Shown here in pieces: positions 38,236 through 52,313 of a stretch of 64,000 nt of DNA. Every line of letters begins with the position of its first letter. The stretch's first letter is position 1. This DNA comes from Lama glama. Its lineage: Eukaryota. The position numbers were made by a program, and so were the translations under genes. The stretch lies in assembly GCA_028534125.1 (NCBI GenBank), contig CM052817.1, forward strand, positions 21,826,001 through 21,890,000, written 5' to 3'. The notes beneath the pieces were generated by a model. The model saw only the letters and a list, made by a program, of their open reading frames with translations, had not been told where the DNA came from and searched no databases.

Positions 38236-39399
38236 ATAACTAACAGCTGAAATAACTCTTCAACTCTGAAATAAGTTTAACGTAGGCTAAAAGGGATTAT
38301 AAAATGTAAAATTTTATATAACTTAATTAAACCTGTTAAGAGTATTGATTAACTTTCCTGTTAAATAAAATACATTAGGAAGGACAGTAGAGCTGGGATG
38401 AAATTGTATCCTGGTATGCCTGAATTCAGTGTTGGATCAGTCATGCTTCATTTCTGTGTTCTTGAGGGAGATTATTCACAAGTGTTGTTGACAAATGGAA
38501 ATTCTAAGTACTGTTTCATTACTCTCTGGTGTAATTAGCCATTGCCAATATCCCAAGCTGGTTTGGAGTATATGTATAAAACAGGCTCTATAATCCAAGC
38601 AGGGTCATTCTTTAAAACCATAAATTCCAGTCTTGGAACCAGCAAACAGCCACTGAAACCTGGAAGATAAACCACTTGGAGTATATATGATATGAAAGAA
38701 AGAGGATCTTCAAATGTACCTACTCAGTTCATCAGTCTATTCACACAAACACATGGACAGAAGAAAAGAAGGCTGCAGAAATAAAAATTTTTACACTATG
38801 GGATGCAACTTAGTAAATGTAGCTCCAAGAGTGTCATGGGATCAAACTAATAAGAGAGTTGTTCCTACCTCTTGGAGTAAAGCTAGAAGGCAATTGTCAA
38901 AAGGATGTATGCTAAACTCTTAAGAACCATGTGTTTTTGTTTGGTTTTATTTTTGTTTGTTTTAATTATAAATGTTATGCTTAATCACTAGGCAGCACTG
39001 CTTATAGCCAAATATCAAACCCGAGTTACAGTATTACTTTTCTTCCCGACCATCTTATGTTTAATAGAGTAGGAAAAAAAATACACAAATACAGAGAAAA
39101 CAATACAGAATACCTTCAGTGATATACAGTCCATAAAACTGTAATCTTTTCAAGCTAAAATATATTTATTCAATACCTGATTTATGCATAAGTAAATGAG
39201 TCTAGAATTCCTGGCATTAACCTTTTAGGCAAATCCATTGTCTAGAATAATAAACAATGTAGTTACAATAAAAAAGACATTTATCTTAAAGTCATGAGAG
39301 ATGAGCTCTTCACTTTGTCTAATACAAACTATGAAATCTTTTGCCTTTATTTTTTGATTTTTAATATTTGAGGGATCACAAAGTCCTTCTAAGTTTGTA

Positions 39400-39810
39400 G
39401 TTTGAGAATTTTTTTCAATGTATTTACCACTATAATCCCTACCAGTAATTCCTTAATCCAGATTCTGACTCAGACCCCAACTTAATTAGTATAACAGCTT
39501 CTTAGTAATTATTTCTTTTTTCTCAATAATGAACTTTCTAAGATACAAATCTGCCCTTGTTATCTCATCCTTATAAACATATGATAGCTACACACCACTC
39601 ATGAAGGGACTTTGAGCTTTTTAGCATGACATGGAAAACCCTCTGTAGTCTTAATAATGTCATCTTGACCAGTCACATCCCTTTCATTCTCTTGCATAGG
39701 ACATTGCAGAAATATTAATTGACTTTCTGTTCCATATTCCTGGAAGCAAACAGTTTACAGTTTTCTTCTTCTGGATAACTTCCCTTTAAGTTTGATTGAA
39801 TACCTCCTAA
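39400..39810 (+). mobile_element. L2 fragment
   Basis: CTTTCTAAGATACAAATCTG..TTGTTATCTC..CTTATAAAC and TTTAGCATGACATGGAAAACCCTCTG. Confidence 0.55.
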
Positions 39811-40189
39811 TTCTAAATACACATTTTGTTAAAAGTATTTCTCATAACTTTATATAGTAACAATTTTTGTAATACTATAGATTGAAAAATCAATCATAAA
39901 AATGCTAAGTTAATTCCTGAAGTTATGCTATTAAAAATTGAAAATGCTTAATTTCAAATCCTGTCTTTTGTATACTACATTTCATTGCCCTAAAAAGTTT
40001 TAATGGGACTGGAAACTAACCTGTCATATTTCACCTGAAGCATTGAACTTCATCTACCTCATCACAGAAGAAATTACCCGAATGTCTATCTGATCATAAC
40101 ATCACCCTTAAAAGAAAGGTCAGGAGTCACATTTGTTATGACCATTTCCTGTAACTCTGTAAAGAAATAGATAAATCTTATTCTACTTG

Positions 40190-40470
40190 CTTTTTATATC
40201 CTATATATATTTACAATATTTGATATATTTTATTTAATGTTATATATTAAATATGTATTTAATATATTTATGGCATTTAAAATATATTTACATATTTACA
40301 ATGTATTTGTAAATATGTAAATATATAAATATTGCTTTTATATATCAAAACTATATATGAGCTATAAAATTCTACATATTGATTATCTAATACATATGTA
40401 TGCCTTGTTGCCTCATCTTCATAATTATACACTTAGCAAATATATATTATGTATATGCAATTAGGAAAAT
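40190..40470. repeat. AT-rich low-complexity tract (degenerate TA repeat)
   Basis: Dominated by TATA/ATTT words. Confidence 0.7.
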
Positions 40471-43400
40471 ATATGAATTGAAATCTTTTGTACAACCAAT
40501 AGAAAATTGGTTAGAAAGAAAGTTAATTCTTTCATTGTTCTCATTGTATATCTAAGGTTTCAGTTTCCTTCTTTGTTTATATTCGTACTTTTCATTTCAA
40601 ATATAGTGCACCAAAAATAACATGAGAGACTCCCTCCTTTTGCCTTCAAAAACTAAATTATTTTCCTCCCTTCTTCTCTCCTAGCCTGCCTGCCTCCCTT
40701 CCTTTCTTCTCTCTCTTTCTTTCTCTCTTATTTTGAAAATGTGGGCCAACAGTTTTCTCACTATTTTTGAAGTTATTTGCCAGCTACTCCATAAAAAGGA
40801 AGGCATTATATAACAAAAATATAAAGCAGGTCAGCTATCAGCATTATGAGCTGTTTAAGTAAGATCGTATTCCAAGTATATACAAATAAAAAAGCCTGAG
40901 ACCCAGATCTGAATGGAGTGAATATGGTCAATAAAAAGTGTTTTAGTGCCTTCATTTTTACTGTTTGTTCCTGCTTTTATGATATAACTTGAAGACTTTC
41001 CAAATGAAAATACAGTAGGAGTCTGTGAAATTGAAACATCCAGTTCACTTTTCTTTTATTTTACTAGCTTAATTGGGAAAAAATACTGTACTGTGCTTTC
41101 CATTGATGTATGTAGTCTATTTTGGCATCTTTCAAGTCCCAGTAGGAAATTCTTTTTCTTTTGTTGTTTGTCACTAAAATCAGCTCGTGTACTTGAAGCT
41201 GCCAGCTCTTATACTTCTCTTCAGCTGCTACAGTCCACCACTTGCCCAATTACCTATTATTTCTTGTATGCGGGAATGATCTCGCGCAACCTTGAATCAT
41301 CCTGTAAGCTATAGTCAGAACTCCATGGACATCCCTGTTCATTAAATAAGGAACTTTTGTGATTAGCCACAATAGGAGGTTCAGCCCCAGTTTTTTTTAA
41401 GCCTTTCATGAAACTGCCACAGTCCATTAAAATGTCTATCTGTGGTTTTAACAACATTAATTCTTTAATTCAGGAAGTACGACCCATGATCTTTTAACCA
41501 TTTGAACCCAGAATGCTAGGTTGGTTTAGGAAATAATGTAAAAAAAGAAAAAAAAGAAAAAAAATTCCCTTGGGGGATTGAAAATAGTAATAAATATCTT
41601 TATTACATTTTTACCATAGGCTCATTTCTAAACTTTTTTTTCAATTTACCAAGTTTAAAACAGCACCAAAGTTGTAAGCATTTTGCTGTCTTTTTTCCTG
41701 TTCCATAATTCTTTAAAACAATAATTATGTGAATAAATATGTGAAACCACTCAGCATGCATTTTTTCCCGAGTTTTTTAGATACACTTCCACCCTGACCT
41801 AGTAACACTAAGCAACCCTATTTTATTATGAAAAATGTAAACACATTCCACTTCTAATGCTAATGCAGAGAAGCCTATTAAAAAAGATTTCTTTCCCCAT
41901 AAATGTTATGTTAAGTAACTTTATATAAATACCAAAACAATAGCAAGTCATAATTATTTGTACATATTCATTGTTAGGAACAATGATTTCCTAAATGGAT
42001 TTTAAAATATGGATCTTTATATATAAATCTAAGACAAAACTCAAAGTACAAATAAGACAAATTCATGTTAAAATCTTGAAAAATGTATTTCAAAGCAGAT
42101 TTATCTATGAGATGATGGACATAGCTTGTCAAGGCAAATTCTTACCATTACGCGGGGAGATCAGAAAAGGGTGCAGTGTGGATAGGGGTGACTTTTTCTT
42201 ATATCAAGGTTCAACAATAATTTTACTATAGTAATTAAAGTCTGGTATTCAATAGGTCATAGAATCAATTGACTGGAAGCCAGCTTCAGAGATCTTTGGT
42301 CCCTACTGACGTTTTCCTGAGGACTTAAGAGTGTTATTGAGTAAAGAAGGACAGAATGGTGCTTATGTCAAATTATATTCACAAGAAAACTGCAGGACTT
42401 AAAATATATACTATCTTGTCTTTTCTAAGTCATTTTTGATTTATTTATTAAAATGATATATAAGACTTGAGTGACATTTTTAACAATAAAATTTTTGTTA
42501 TTTATCTACATATTAAGTGCCCTGTTTGCAGCAAATTTAATTAGTTTTACAATTAAATATTTCAGTTTAATCTATGTGCTTGATAGTAAGGAATTTATAA
42601 AGTATAGATGTTCTTCAATATTTTGTGTTGACAGTAACTAAGAAACCTCTCCCACCCATATAATTTTTGAAACTATTAGCTGTTGTGTAATAAATATATT
42701 AACTCTAATGTACCACATTACATGCTTGACATGTATCTGCCTTTAATATTTGTTTCTTTAGTGCAAATTAGTAATATATGTAAATTAGAAAATTTTATTT
42801 ATAACATTTATGTAACTTTTCTTAGGTTGTTGGATTGATTGATTTATACTGATGACCTTTCAGAGTGATCAAATGCTTGAGGGTGAATTTATAGAAAGCA
42901 TAAAACCAACATAGTACATTTATAAGTCAACCTTAAATAAATCTCACATTGTAAATAAATCAAGGTGATGTGAATAATATTTAAGGCTATTCATTCCCAA
43001 CCATTCAGTTTCTTTGTCACATTATCATTTACAGTCCTTATATAGTACCTAACTATATAATACTGTCCCATTTCCTCATTATTTATAAGAGAAATATAAT
43101 ACAGATATTAAAAAATCAACATAAATCAATGAAGTGATATATTTTAATTCCTACCTTATAGTACACACATTTAATGTTAATTAAGTGCTCAGGTGATTAA
43201 AATTGCCCAGAGAGATAGTAATGTTCAAAGCAATAAGAGAAAAAAAAAGGCAAATTTTATTTAAAAAAAAGATCTTCTCTGCTCTAAATTTGGTTATTTT
43301 TAATTATGTAAAACTCTGCCTATTTAATTAATGTATGTGAGCCTACAAGTTTGTGTTGCTCATTTAAAACAATATATTTTGCCTGGTGAACATCAGAACA

Positions 43401-46400
43401 AAGAGAATCAGTAAATTATAACATATGATTGGAAGTAAATTTAATATTTCATCCATTCCAAAGTTGCATTATACACTTTAGGAAAAAAAAGTATTTTTCT
43501 CAAATGTTTTTTTCAAAACTGAAAAAAAATCAGCCTGGAAATAGTTAACAGTACCAATCTTGGAACACCTGAGTTCTTCAGCAAGATTGAAAGCACCATG
43601 GAGCTGATGAGGGGATATTTGAAGTGCCAATCAAGGAGCTGTTCCCAAATCCTCCCACATGGTTGAAATCCTGCTGTCAAGAACATATTGGAAAGTTGTT
43701 TGTTCACTTGAGGTGACAGATACAGATTGTGACAAGCCTCATATTGGGACTTCAGCCCGAGGGGATAACACAGAGTGCAATGAGAAATGCAGAATTAATG
43801 GAGAAAAATGTCACTTGCCAATCTCCCTACTCACAACTTATTTCACTTTGGACTACAGTTCACAGTATTATTTGGGAAAAGAAAACAAGCATATGTGAAA
43901 TTTTATCTTGTATTTTATATTTGAATTCTTAAGACATAGTGCTTAAATTTAATAGAGGATCAAGTAAGTTTTTTTTAAGTATTTCAATTAATTGTGTTTT
44001 TTAACTTAGTGAAAAAGTTACTCATGATAAAATTAAACTGGGAAAATTTGAATGGAGAAATTATATCTTAAATTTGAATATTTATTTGACTATCTGAATA
44101 TATCATTGCTTTGGTGGTAGTAAATACATCTCTGTATCTATCAGTTTTATCTTTCAATAAGACAATGCATGCTTAACTCTAGAGCTCTTTATTCCTCTCA
44201 AAGCACTTAAATAAACATCTCCTATATGATTTGCAGTTGAGGAACCACAAAGTCGACCAGTAGGTATTCAGAACCTGTATCTTCTGTGTTCCTAGGGCAC
44301 TGTCCTCCCATTCTAGTTTAAGAACTTTCTAAGGCTTTAAAGCATCATTTCCATAGAGCTGAAATTTGGGTGAAAATTATGAACATAGCTAAAAGACATT
44401 TTTGCAATAAAAAATCTCAATAATTAAAACTCAGCTTTACTGCATACCCGTTAAAGGAATTCAGACTTTTGGCCATTCTATTAAATCTTTATTAGTGTTA
44501 GCTTTTTTGTGTAAATGGCAAAAGCACTTACAATGTAGAGATTACACATATGCACACACACAGAGAAACATACTCATAAACTGTTATCAAGAAACTAGAA
44601 ATACTGATACAACATATATTGTGTTATACAAATGGAGAATATATCTTTTTTCAGAGCCCCAAGGAAAATTTGTCCAAGGATAATAACAATTTAAAAAAAT
44701 AGTGGTCACATAACAACACAGAAATTTTCAATGAATTTCTGAAATCATAAACTGTATGTTGGATATTGTACTATATTTTAATTCAATACAATATATTTAG
44801 AAATTAATGCAAATTAAATTAGCAGTCCTCAATCATGTGATAGTTTTATAAAAAGTTTAAAAATATATTGGTTTAAAAAAGAAATTTAAGTAAAATAAAT
44901 CAGAAGTTGAGACATATATAAAACCTGACTGTGGAGATGTTCCTCAATGAAAAAACCTATAACTTGAACAGTTTTATTTAAAAACTGGAAATTTAATTAA
45001 TTAGTGTTTATCTCTAAATTTAAAATTATTTTTTTAAATTAATAAAACAGGAAACAAATAATAAATATTAAAATTAAAAAGCAAGTCCTAAATTATAAAA
45101 TATAATTAACCATATATTTAAAATGGCACAAAGAAAAAAATTCATGTATTTTAGAAAAAATTCATATATTTTGAAAATTATACTAATTAAAATATATGAA
45201 AAGTAGATAATATTCTCTTGTAAAAATTAAATATTTATATCAATTTTGAATCACAAAGCATGAAGAAATATTTGGGTTTATAGCAATTTTCAAGAAAATG
45301 GATCATCTGTTCTGAAAGTTTTGGATATTTTGAAAAAGCAGTTGTTGAAAAAATATTCTATTTTGTAGATGACTCATAAAAATTATTTATATCAATAACA
45401 GCATTTAGTGAATTGTTATATGTTGGGACTTAAAAATGAGTAAGTGTCTTTCATGCAGTTATCTCTTAGAAAATATAATAGGAGTAAAGAATCCAACTTA
45501 GATTACAACACAAAACAACAAAAACCTAAGTTGCGAGATAGTTGTAAATAAAAATATACCTGCATGAGGAATATAAATTGACTCAACTTGTTTTTGCCAA
45601 AAAATGGAGAGATTTTGCAAATATTAATGCAAAGTAAATATCCTTCAACTAAAATTTTTATACTATGTAAGCCAGTTCTAAATATTTGTTGAATATGTGA
45701 GAATGACTGCAAATCTGGAAAAAAAAAGCTTAAAATTTTTTTCCTATCCAGATATTAATGAGTATTATGCATTCTCATTTCTTAAACTATTTCTGTTGCA
45801 CAAAGAAAAATTAAATTAATAACATAAACTGAATAGGTTGTAATAATTTAAGTTAATGTTCAAAACATAAATCTGTGCATAAAGTCACTAAGGAAATAAT
45901 GGCTAGAGGACTTATTAGGTATTTTTTTAAAATTCCAAATCATATCTTCACTCTATACAAAAATATTTAAAAATTCAAAACGTTAACAATGATTTTTTTC
46001 TTTACCATGATTTTTCATTCATTTGTACTATAGTAAGCATGTAGGAAAAATAAAATTATATAGAAGTAATTTTATGTAATTTTTAGTCATGTTTTTAATG
46101 TGTCCTTTGTAACACACATTTCATAAATTTATTAATTCCCCTTGGATTAGCTAGTCATGTCAGCATAATACAGTCTCAAATAAAAATTAAAAATCAACAC
46201 ACTCTTTGTAGTGTTGACAGTTAATAACAGCTGCAAAACATGAGAATCTATAATAATTTTCCTTGGATAATGACATGTTTTGACTATATATTCACTGATA
46301 CTCTGTTAATGAGACATGCAGCAAATGCTGATTTCTCTGCTACTTTTCATAGAGCATCTGTCATTAAAATATTAATAATAATAATTTTTGACCTGGAGGA

Positions 46401-48157
46401 ATAAGTATGTGAATTTTCTTAAGTTATTATGCAAGAATATTTTTCTTTCCTTCCTCCCTTCCTCTTTTTCTCCCTCCCTCCACTTTTCCTTCTTTCTTTC
46501 CTTCTTTCCAATAGATAATGAATCTTCCTATCAAGGAAGCTTTTATACAGGAACAGACTCCATGCTATTAGGAGACAGTATTACATTAATTTAAGTTATT
46601 GCCTTGCTGTAATTTTTTTCCATTTTATATATTTAATTGTAACAAGCTGAAAACCACTACATGTTTAGAAGTAGTGGCTGCTAGAAGCATGAAAGCCAAA
46701 GAGGGCATAAAAAGCAAAATAACTCTTATACTGATAGTCTACAAAAAGTATGAGTATACTTATTTATTTATACTTTGGTTTGTGTCCTCCACTCCCCACT
46801 ATAACCCTGCTTTCTTAATAAATAAAAAGAGACATCTTGTTTGGTATCGTAGACTGTAAACCCTGGTAGTATTTCTTAAAATCTGTTACTGCAGATTACT
46901 CTGTTAGAGATAGGCATTTATTTCTCTAATATCTTGGACAATTTTATGTGTCATCTTGTGTGTATATGATCATGGAAACTACTAAAACTAACAGGGGCTA
47001 AAGTTTTTGTTGAGAATCAGAATGAGAAGATGCGATGAAAGGAAAACGGATGAAAATTTGATGCACTCCATTAACAGTATTAGTCACTCTGTAGAGGAAG
47101 ACAATAATAATCTGAAAGTTAGTTTAAATTAATATTTTGTAGAAAGAAATCTGTCTCCTAAAATGCAAATTAGAATTTTTTGGTATTCAACATTTTTGTC
47201 AGATAAAAGTTAATCAAATGTGAGGTATTCAGAATAATCATTGGTGTAATAACTTACATTTTTAGCCTTCTAAATAAAACCTTATATAATCTGATAGAGC
47301 AAAGTGAATTAGTAGAATACATCAATATTCAGGTGCAGGCTTCCTACATAAATTGTTTAGAATGAGTTGCTGATGGATTAATTTTACTTTAAGTCAAGAT
47401 TGAGTGATGGATACAAAATTGATCAGATTCCACAGGCATAAATTTTAATTGGACTAGCAAAGTATGCCACAATAAAAAATTAAAATGTGCTTCTGTACAT
47501 ACCCCATATACATACTCAAATGTAAATATCCATATGTACAGTTAAGAGAATAATCTGTTAACCATACTTTAAGGAGACATAAAATTATGAAACATGCACT
47601 TCTAAAATTTTATTTGAACTAATTTTTTAAAATGTTGAACAGGTAAAAGCAATAGTATTCTTATAGAGCATATATCTTCTTCTAAGAAAAATAGTATGTT
47701 AAAACTATAATAGCAAGTTGACTGACCGAAGGTGCAAAATTGTGGTTTGGAAAGAGAAACTAGGAAAGGAGGGCTAGGGGCATTTTTCCCTTTACAAATG
47801 TGGTAAAATTTTCCTGATTAGGAAAAAGAAATAGATAAATTAAAAAAAATGAACAGATTTGAAAAGCCATCTTGTCTGTAAATACAGTTTCATTAAGAAA
47901 CACCTGAAAAAATAGCCCTTAAGAGACAGCAAGGACTGATAGGCACAACACACCTTGCCATTTCCAGGCTTTATGCATTTACTAGTGTGCTGCCTATATT
48001 TTCCACCCATTGAAATCTTACTATTTTTAAATAAAATATTTTATGGATGGTCTTTGACATGAATTAAAATAGTTTTTAGTAGATTTATATAATAGTCGAT
48101 TTATTATGATGAAAATATTAACAGATGTCCTGTTGGTGGAATATTATTGGTTACTTC

Positions 48158-48695
48158 TGAGAAAAAAAAAATCAAAAACAAAAGACAGCATCCTCTGGCC
48201 TTGAGAAGCTGGCCTGACACTCATAGCTAAGTCATGTTATTGTCCCTTTAGACGTAAATTATCACACATAATACCAACTTAAGATAACTCTGAGACCATG
48301 ATAAAATGAGACAAAGCATGGCCATTTCTTAATTTTTTCTAAACACATACAAAAATAAGTAGCCTATGCCACAAACAAAATACCAAATACCCCTTTTTTT
48401 GGTCAAAAGAAATGATTACTACATTTTTACCAATTACAGCTTTATCCTGCTGCCAGTTTCCCACCCTAGAGATAAGATTTAATAAGATACCCAATCATAC
48501 AGTTTTTTCCTACTCTCTAACATCATCCAATCTATAGCAAACTTCTACTTCTTTATACGCTCCCCCCCAAATCACCCAATGAAAACTCAAATCCTATACT
48601 AAATTTTTGCTAGCATCCTCTTATCGATATGGTGTGATTCCCTGTAGTGCATATTTATGTGTTCCTGGTAGTCTTTGGCTATAAAACATTGAAAC
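48158..48695 (+). mobile_element. ERV1 solo LTR, MER67-like
   Basis: GAAGCTGGCCTGACACTCATAGCTA, TTTACCAATTACAGCTTTA, AGATAAGATTT..AGATACCCAATCATA and CCCCAAATCACC; ends GTGTTCCTGGTAGTCTTTGGCT..CATTGA. Confidence 0.72.
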
Positions 48696-48809
48696 GTAAA
48701 TAGAAGTTACATATTCTGTAATTGAAGTTTTCTCATTTATTAGGTGAAAAAACATAAAATTTGAGTTACTATTAATCAGCATTGATGCCTGTAATTGTGT
48801 ATGACTTCA

Positions 48810-48960
48810 TTTTGTTTTCATTCACTGAACATCTTTTTAAAATTGAACCCTTACCATGTTCTAGGATTTTAAGGAACTGTTGTATATATAATGATGAACA
48901 AAACAGATGTATTCTTATATCCTGTTGTGATTAATTCCAGTAGTGGAGATACATGAAACT
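48810..48960 (-). mobile_element. L2 3' end fragment
   Basis: TTCATTCACTGAACATC..ATGATGAACAAAACAGA..TTCCAGTAGTGGAGA. Confidence 0.55.
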
Positions 48961-49190
48961 TGGCTACTTACTTGTCTGGTCATATAGATAGTGCTGGATA
49001 CAAGTAACTGCAAGGCCTCCCCAGTCTCAATATCAGGAATGGTTTCAAGCTCCCAGAAACTTTATTCTGTAGTATTCCTTCTAGTCTCCTGACTTCTACA
49101 CGTTTCACATCCCATCAGGACATCAGAACCTTACAATCTGTTGATGCTACCCATTTTTCAATCCCACATTAGCTTCATTGCTTCATCTCT

Positions 49191-49325
49191 TTATTTTTTT
49201 TTATTTTATTTTTTTGTGGTGGGAGGTAATTAGGTTTATTTATTTTTTTAATGGAGGTACTGGGGATTGAACCCAGGACCTCATGCATTCTAGGCAGGCG
49301 CTCTACCACTGAGCTATACCCTCCC
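49191..49325 (-). mobile_element. tRNA-Ala-derived SINE, camelid Vic-1-like
   Basis: Minus strand reads GGGAGGGTATAGCTCAGTGGTAGAGCG...GGTCCTGGGTTCAATCCCCAGTACCTCCA (A and B boxes), then AAATAAATAAACCTAATTACCTCCC and an A-rich tail. Degenerate TSD: CATTGCTTCATCTCTT (49176-49191) and CACTGCTCATTTCTT (49325-49339). Confidence 0.9.
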
Positions 49326-49559
49326 ACTGCTCATTTCTTAAATTCTGTTGTCTGTCATTTTCATCTTGCATCTTGTTCTCCTCTTTAATTTTATTGAATT
49401 CATTTGGGGAGGGGGACTGGATAAGACAGATAAAACAGTTCTGCTCTCTTTGGCAGTAGCTAAATGTAGCTGTAGAGAAAAAAAAGGAAAATAAACATGG
49501 ATAGTTTCCAGTTAAATTATTGACCAATAACATTAAATAGGCTCTTAATATTTCTGTTC

Positions 49560-49800
49560 ATCCTACAAAATTCCATGGTTTATCAAGCTCTCTCTGTCTA
49601 GAATATTTATTTGTAACCCCGAATGTCTTCAGATCTCCAGCACTATTTCCCTCGTCCTTACTCCCAGTTGATGTCTTTGCTTTCTTATTCACTGATAGGA
49701 TAGAATAAATAAGAAGACAAATTTTAAATGATACCGTGACCACATCCGGACATCTGCCTAGATTTATGCCCACATTCTCTGAATTGCTGATTACTATAGA
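49560..49800 (+). mobile_element. L2 internal fragment
   Basis: GATGTCTTTGCTTTCTTATTCACTGATAGGATAGAATAAATAAGAAGA matches the recalled L2 segment GATGACCTTGCTTCCTATTTCACTGAGAAAATAGAAGCAATCAGAAGA. Confidence 0.55.
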
Positions 49801-49884
49801 TGGACTATCTGGATTTCTGTCAAAGGTCAAACACTGAACTAATTCATTAGATACACAGATGGTGACGAAGAAAGAAGTGTTCTA

Positions 49885-50420
49885 AAAATGGAAGAAAACA
49901 GACATTTCTCAATATAAGGATAACAGAAATATTTATTGACCAATCTATGGGGAAGGAATTTAAAAATACATTGAACATTAAAATACATATAGCCTTTGAC
50001 CCAGTAACTTTACTCAATAATTCTATATACAAATGTCATACTTATAAATGTATGTGTACATATATATTATAAATGTATGCTATATTTATATACCATATGT
50101 TTTACATATATATTTATATATACTTGTAGAAATGCACAATATACACACATAAATAAATATATTATTTTCTAATTTATGAAATGTTGCATTTACAAGGATA
50201 TTCACTGAGGTTTTGAAGAGTATAAAAATAGAAACAAACATGTTCAAACTCCTGTAGATTATAGGACATTTATAAAATGATAAATTATTCTGTCGTTATA
50301 AAGGAAAAGAAAACCGATATGTACTGATACATAAAACTTACAAAATATTACCTAAAAAAGGGCAAGGGGCAAGAAGTTTATGTAGTTTGCTGCCATTCAT
50401 GATACCCTATATTGCCATAT
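49885..50420 (+). mobile_element. L1ME-type 3' fragment
   Basis: ATACATATAGCCTTTGACCCAGTAA, ACAAGGATATTCACTG and ATATGTACTGATA. Confidence 0.6.
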
Positions 50421-52041
50421 ACATAAAATGCAAACCTGAATTTGTTTATTGGTTAATTTCACAAATACTTATGGAGTTTCTCTTTTTATGAGAAGAATTC
50501 TAAAATCAAGGAATAGAGCAATGAAAAGAATACCAAATTGTACTATACTATTTTTTATCAGTATTAACTTTGCAGGTGTCCAAACATTGAGTCTGATTTC
50601 ACCTGTCTTTTACCTTTAAAATGAATTTTGAGATTGCCAGATCCACAGAATTTTGACTCTTTACCCCATTGTTACAGTTGTTACCCGTGGGATTTTGTTG
50701 ATTCCTCTGCCTTTACACTCTTGTTTCCTTTAATTTGCAGTTCCTATCAACCATGATAGCCAGCTCTTGTTGATATCCTTAGGCAATATTCACTTGACAC
50801 GTTTGGGCACATTTTAATTCTGTTGTCAAAAAGTCTCCAAATACAGTCATGGAGAAATGGTAGTTCTTAAAAATATCATTTTAATAAAGCACAATGATAA
50901 TTTAAATACATCAATAAGAAGTAGTGAGAAGTAAATATAAAAGTATTATTTCCCCCCAAAATGCTTAGTAAATGTTATTGGATACAAAAGTGATCTCACA
51001 AATACCAAGTATTCAGATAATATTTTGCTAGTGTGCTAAAGTAGATGTTGACTATTCAATCTAAGAAGTCATCTGTTTCATGCAGATGGATTAAAGTATT
51101 GCCTTCATGGCAATACAGTTGTAATTTGTAATTCTCAAAATATAAATAAAATTAAATGAGGACAGATGGGCAGATGTGAAAAAATAAACTTTTCAGGAAA
51201 TTTTTTTGTGTGCATTTTTAAATGCAAGCTTGCACAAACTAAACTTCAAAATGCATTTTGTAATTCTGGTTTATTTAGTATGTAGCTGAAATTGAAATGA
51301 AAAGCTAGAGCATTAAAAGTAAAATAATTCTTATGTTTGTAAGTATTTATAATATTTTAGAATCTTAAAATTTTCCAGTTATATGGACTTTAGATTTCCC
51401 GTATACATATAGTTCCCTCCTCACCCCACTAATAAAGAGATTTGAGTTACTATCTCAGATATTTTCATTGAGGTACAGGTTTTTTTCTTCTTTAATATTG
51501 GAGTCAATATTTTCTGTCTTTTTTTCTTACTTCCATAGCTGCTATGAACAATATCAAAAAACACTTATTTACTTTATCTGCTTACTTTTAAGTCCTCTTC
51601 TTAGAAGCAATATCAAACTACAATTTACTGATAGAAAAAATATTTAAGAAGAAATTATATGATGTCTTTCATAGCAATTTTAAAAAGAAACTACATCCAA
51701 TGAGAATTTAGGGAAACAGGTTTTCTACATTGTAGCTGGGTGTGTGAATTGCTAAAGTATTTTGGAAAATAAGCTAGGAATTTCTACAGGAATTGAAAAT
51801 ACACAAAACCTTGTGAATAATCTCTTCTTTGGCATTCATTTATATAGAAATAAAAGCATTAGGGAACAAGAATATATGGGCAATTATTCATACTTCAGGT
51901 TATGTTCATCAGTTAAAAGAGTGAGTCAGATCCGTATCCTTTGGCCTTAAGGGAAGACCCTTATGTGAAATTGTAAGTGATGGTAATGTGGAGTATATGT
52001 ATAAATGATTGTATTGCTGTGGGAATAAACAATAATAATAT

Positions 52042-52225
52042 AGTATTTCAGTGATTCAGAGCCATGTTTTTTTTTTAACTTTAGCACTATAGATATGCGT
52101 CTTATAACTGATGAGAAAACACTGTATTAAAATTTAGTTTTAAAATTTTCTTTTTTTAGTGTTAAACTGAAAAAAAAACAGTTTTATAATCATTAAAACA
52201 TCATCTTAAATCCAGTGACATGGCA
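52042..52225. mobile_element. hAT-type MITE, MER96B-like
   Basis: GTATTTCAGTGATTC at the left end and CATCTTAAATCCAGTGA at the right (degenerate TIRs); internal ATGCGTCTTATAACTGATG. Confidence 0.5.
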
Positions 52226-52313
52226 ATAGTAACGAACATGTATTAAACACGCACATGCATAATTCAACATGGATAAGTTAATGTGTATGACATTCTTGCA
52301 AAAACAAATACAG

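Noticed and set aside
43513..43932. Overlapping short ORFs in a more GC-balanced patch
   Set aside because: No splice architecture or recognisable domain; lengths are consistent with chance.
45560..45714. Minus-strand AG...GT-bounded open frame (LQSFSHIQ...FLMQ)
   Set aside because: Intron-like AT-rich composition, weak donor (GTATAT) and unrecognisable peptide.
49252..49325. tRNA-Ala gene
   Set aside because: It is the head of a SINE: followed by the SINE-specific tail and A-rich tract, flanked by a TSD, with an imperfect acceptor stem.
49558..49830. 90-aa minus-strand ORF
   Set aside because: Non-ATG start, antisense to an L2 remnant, no recognisable homology.
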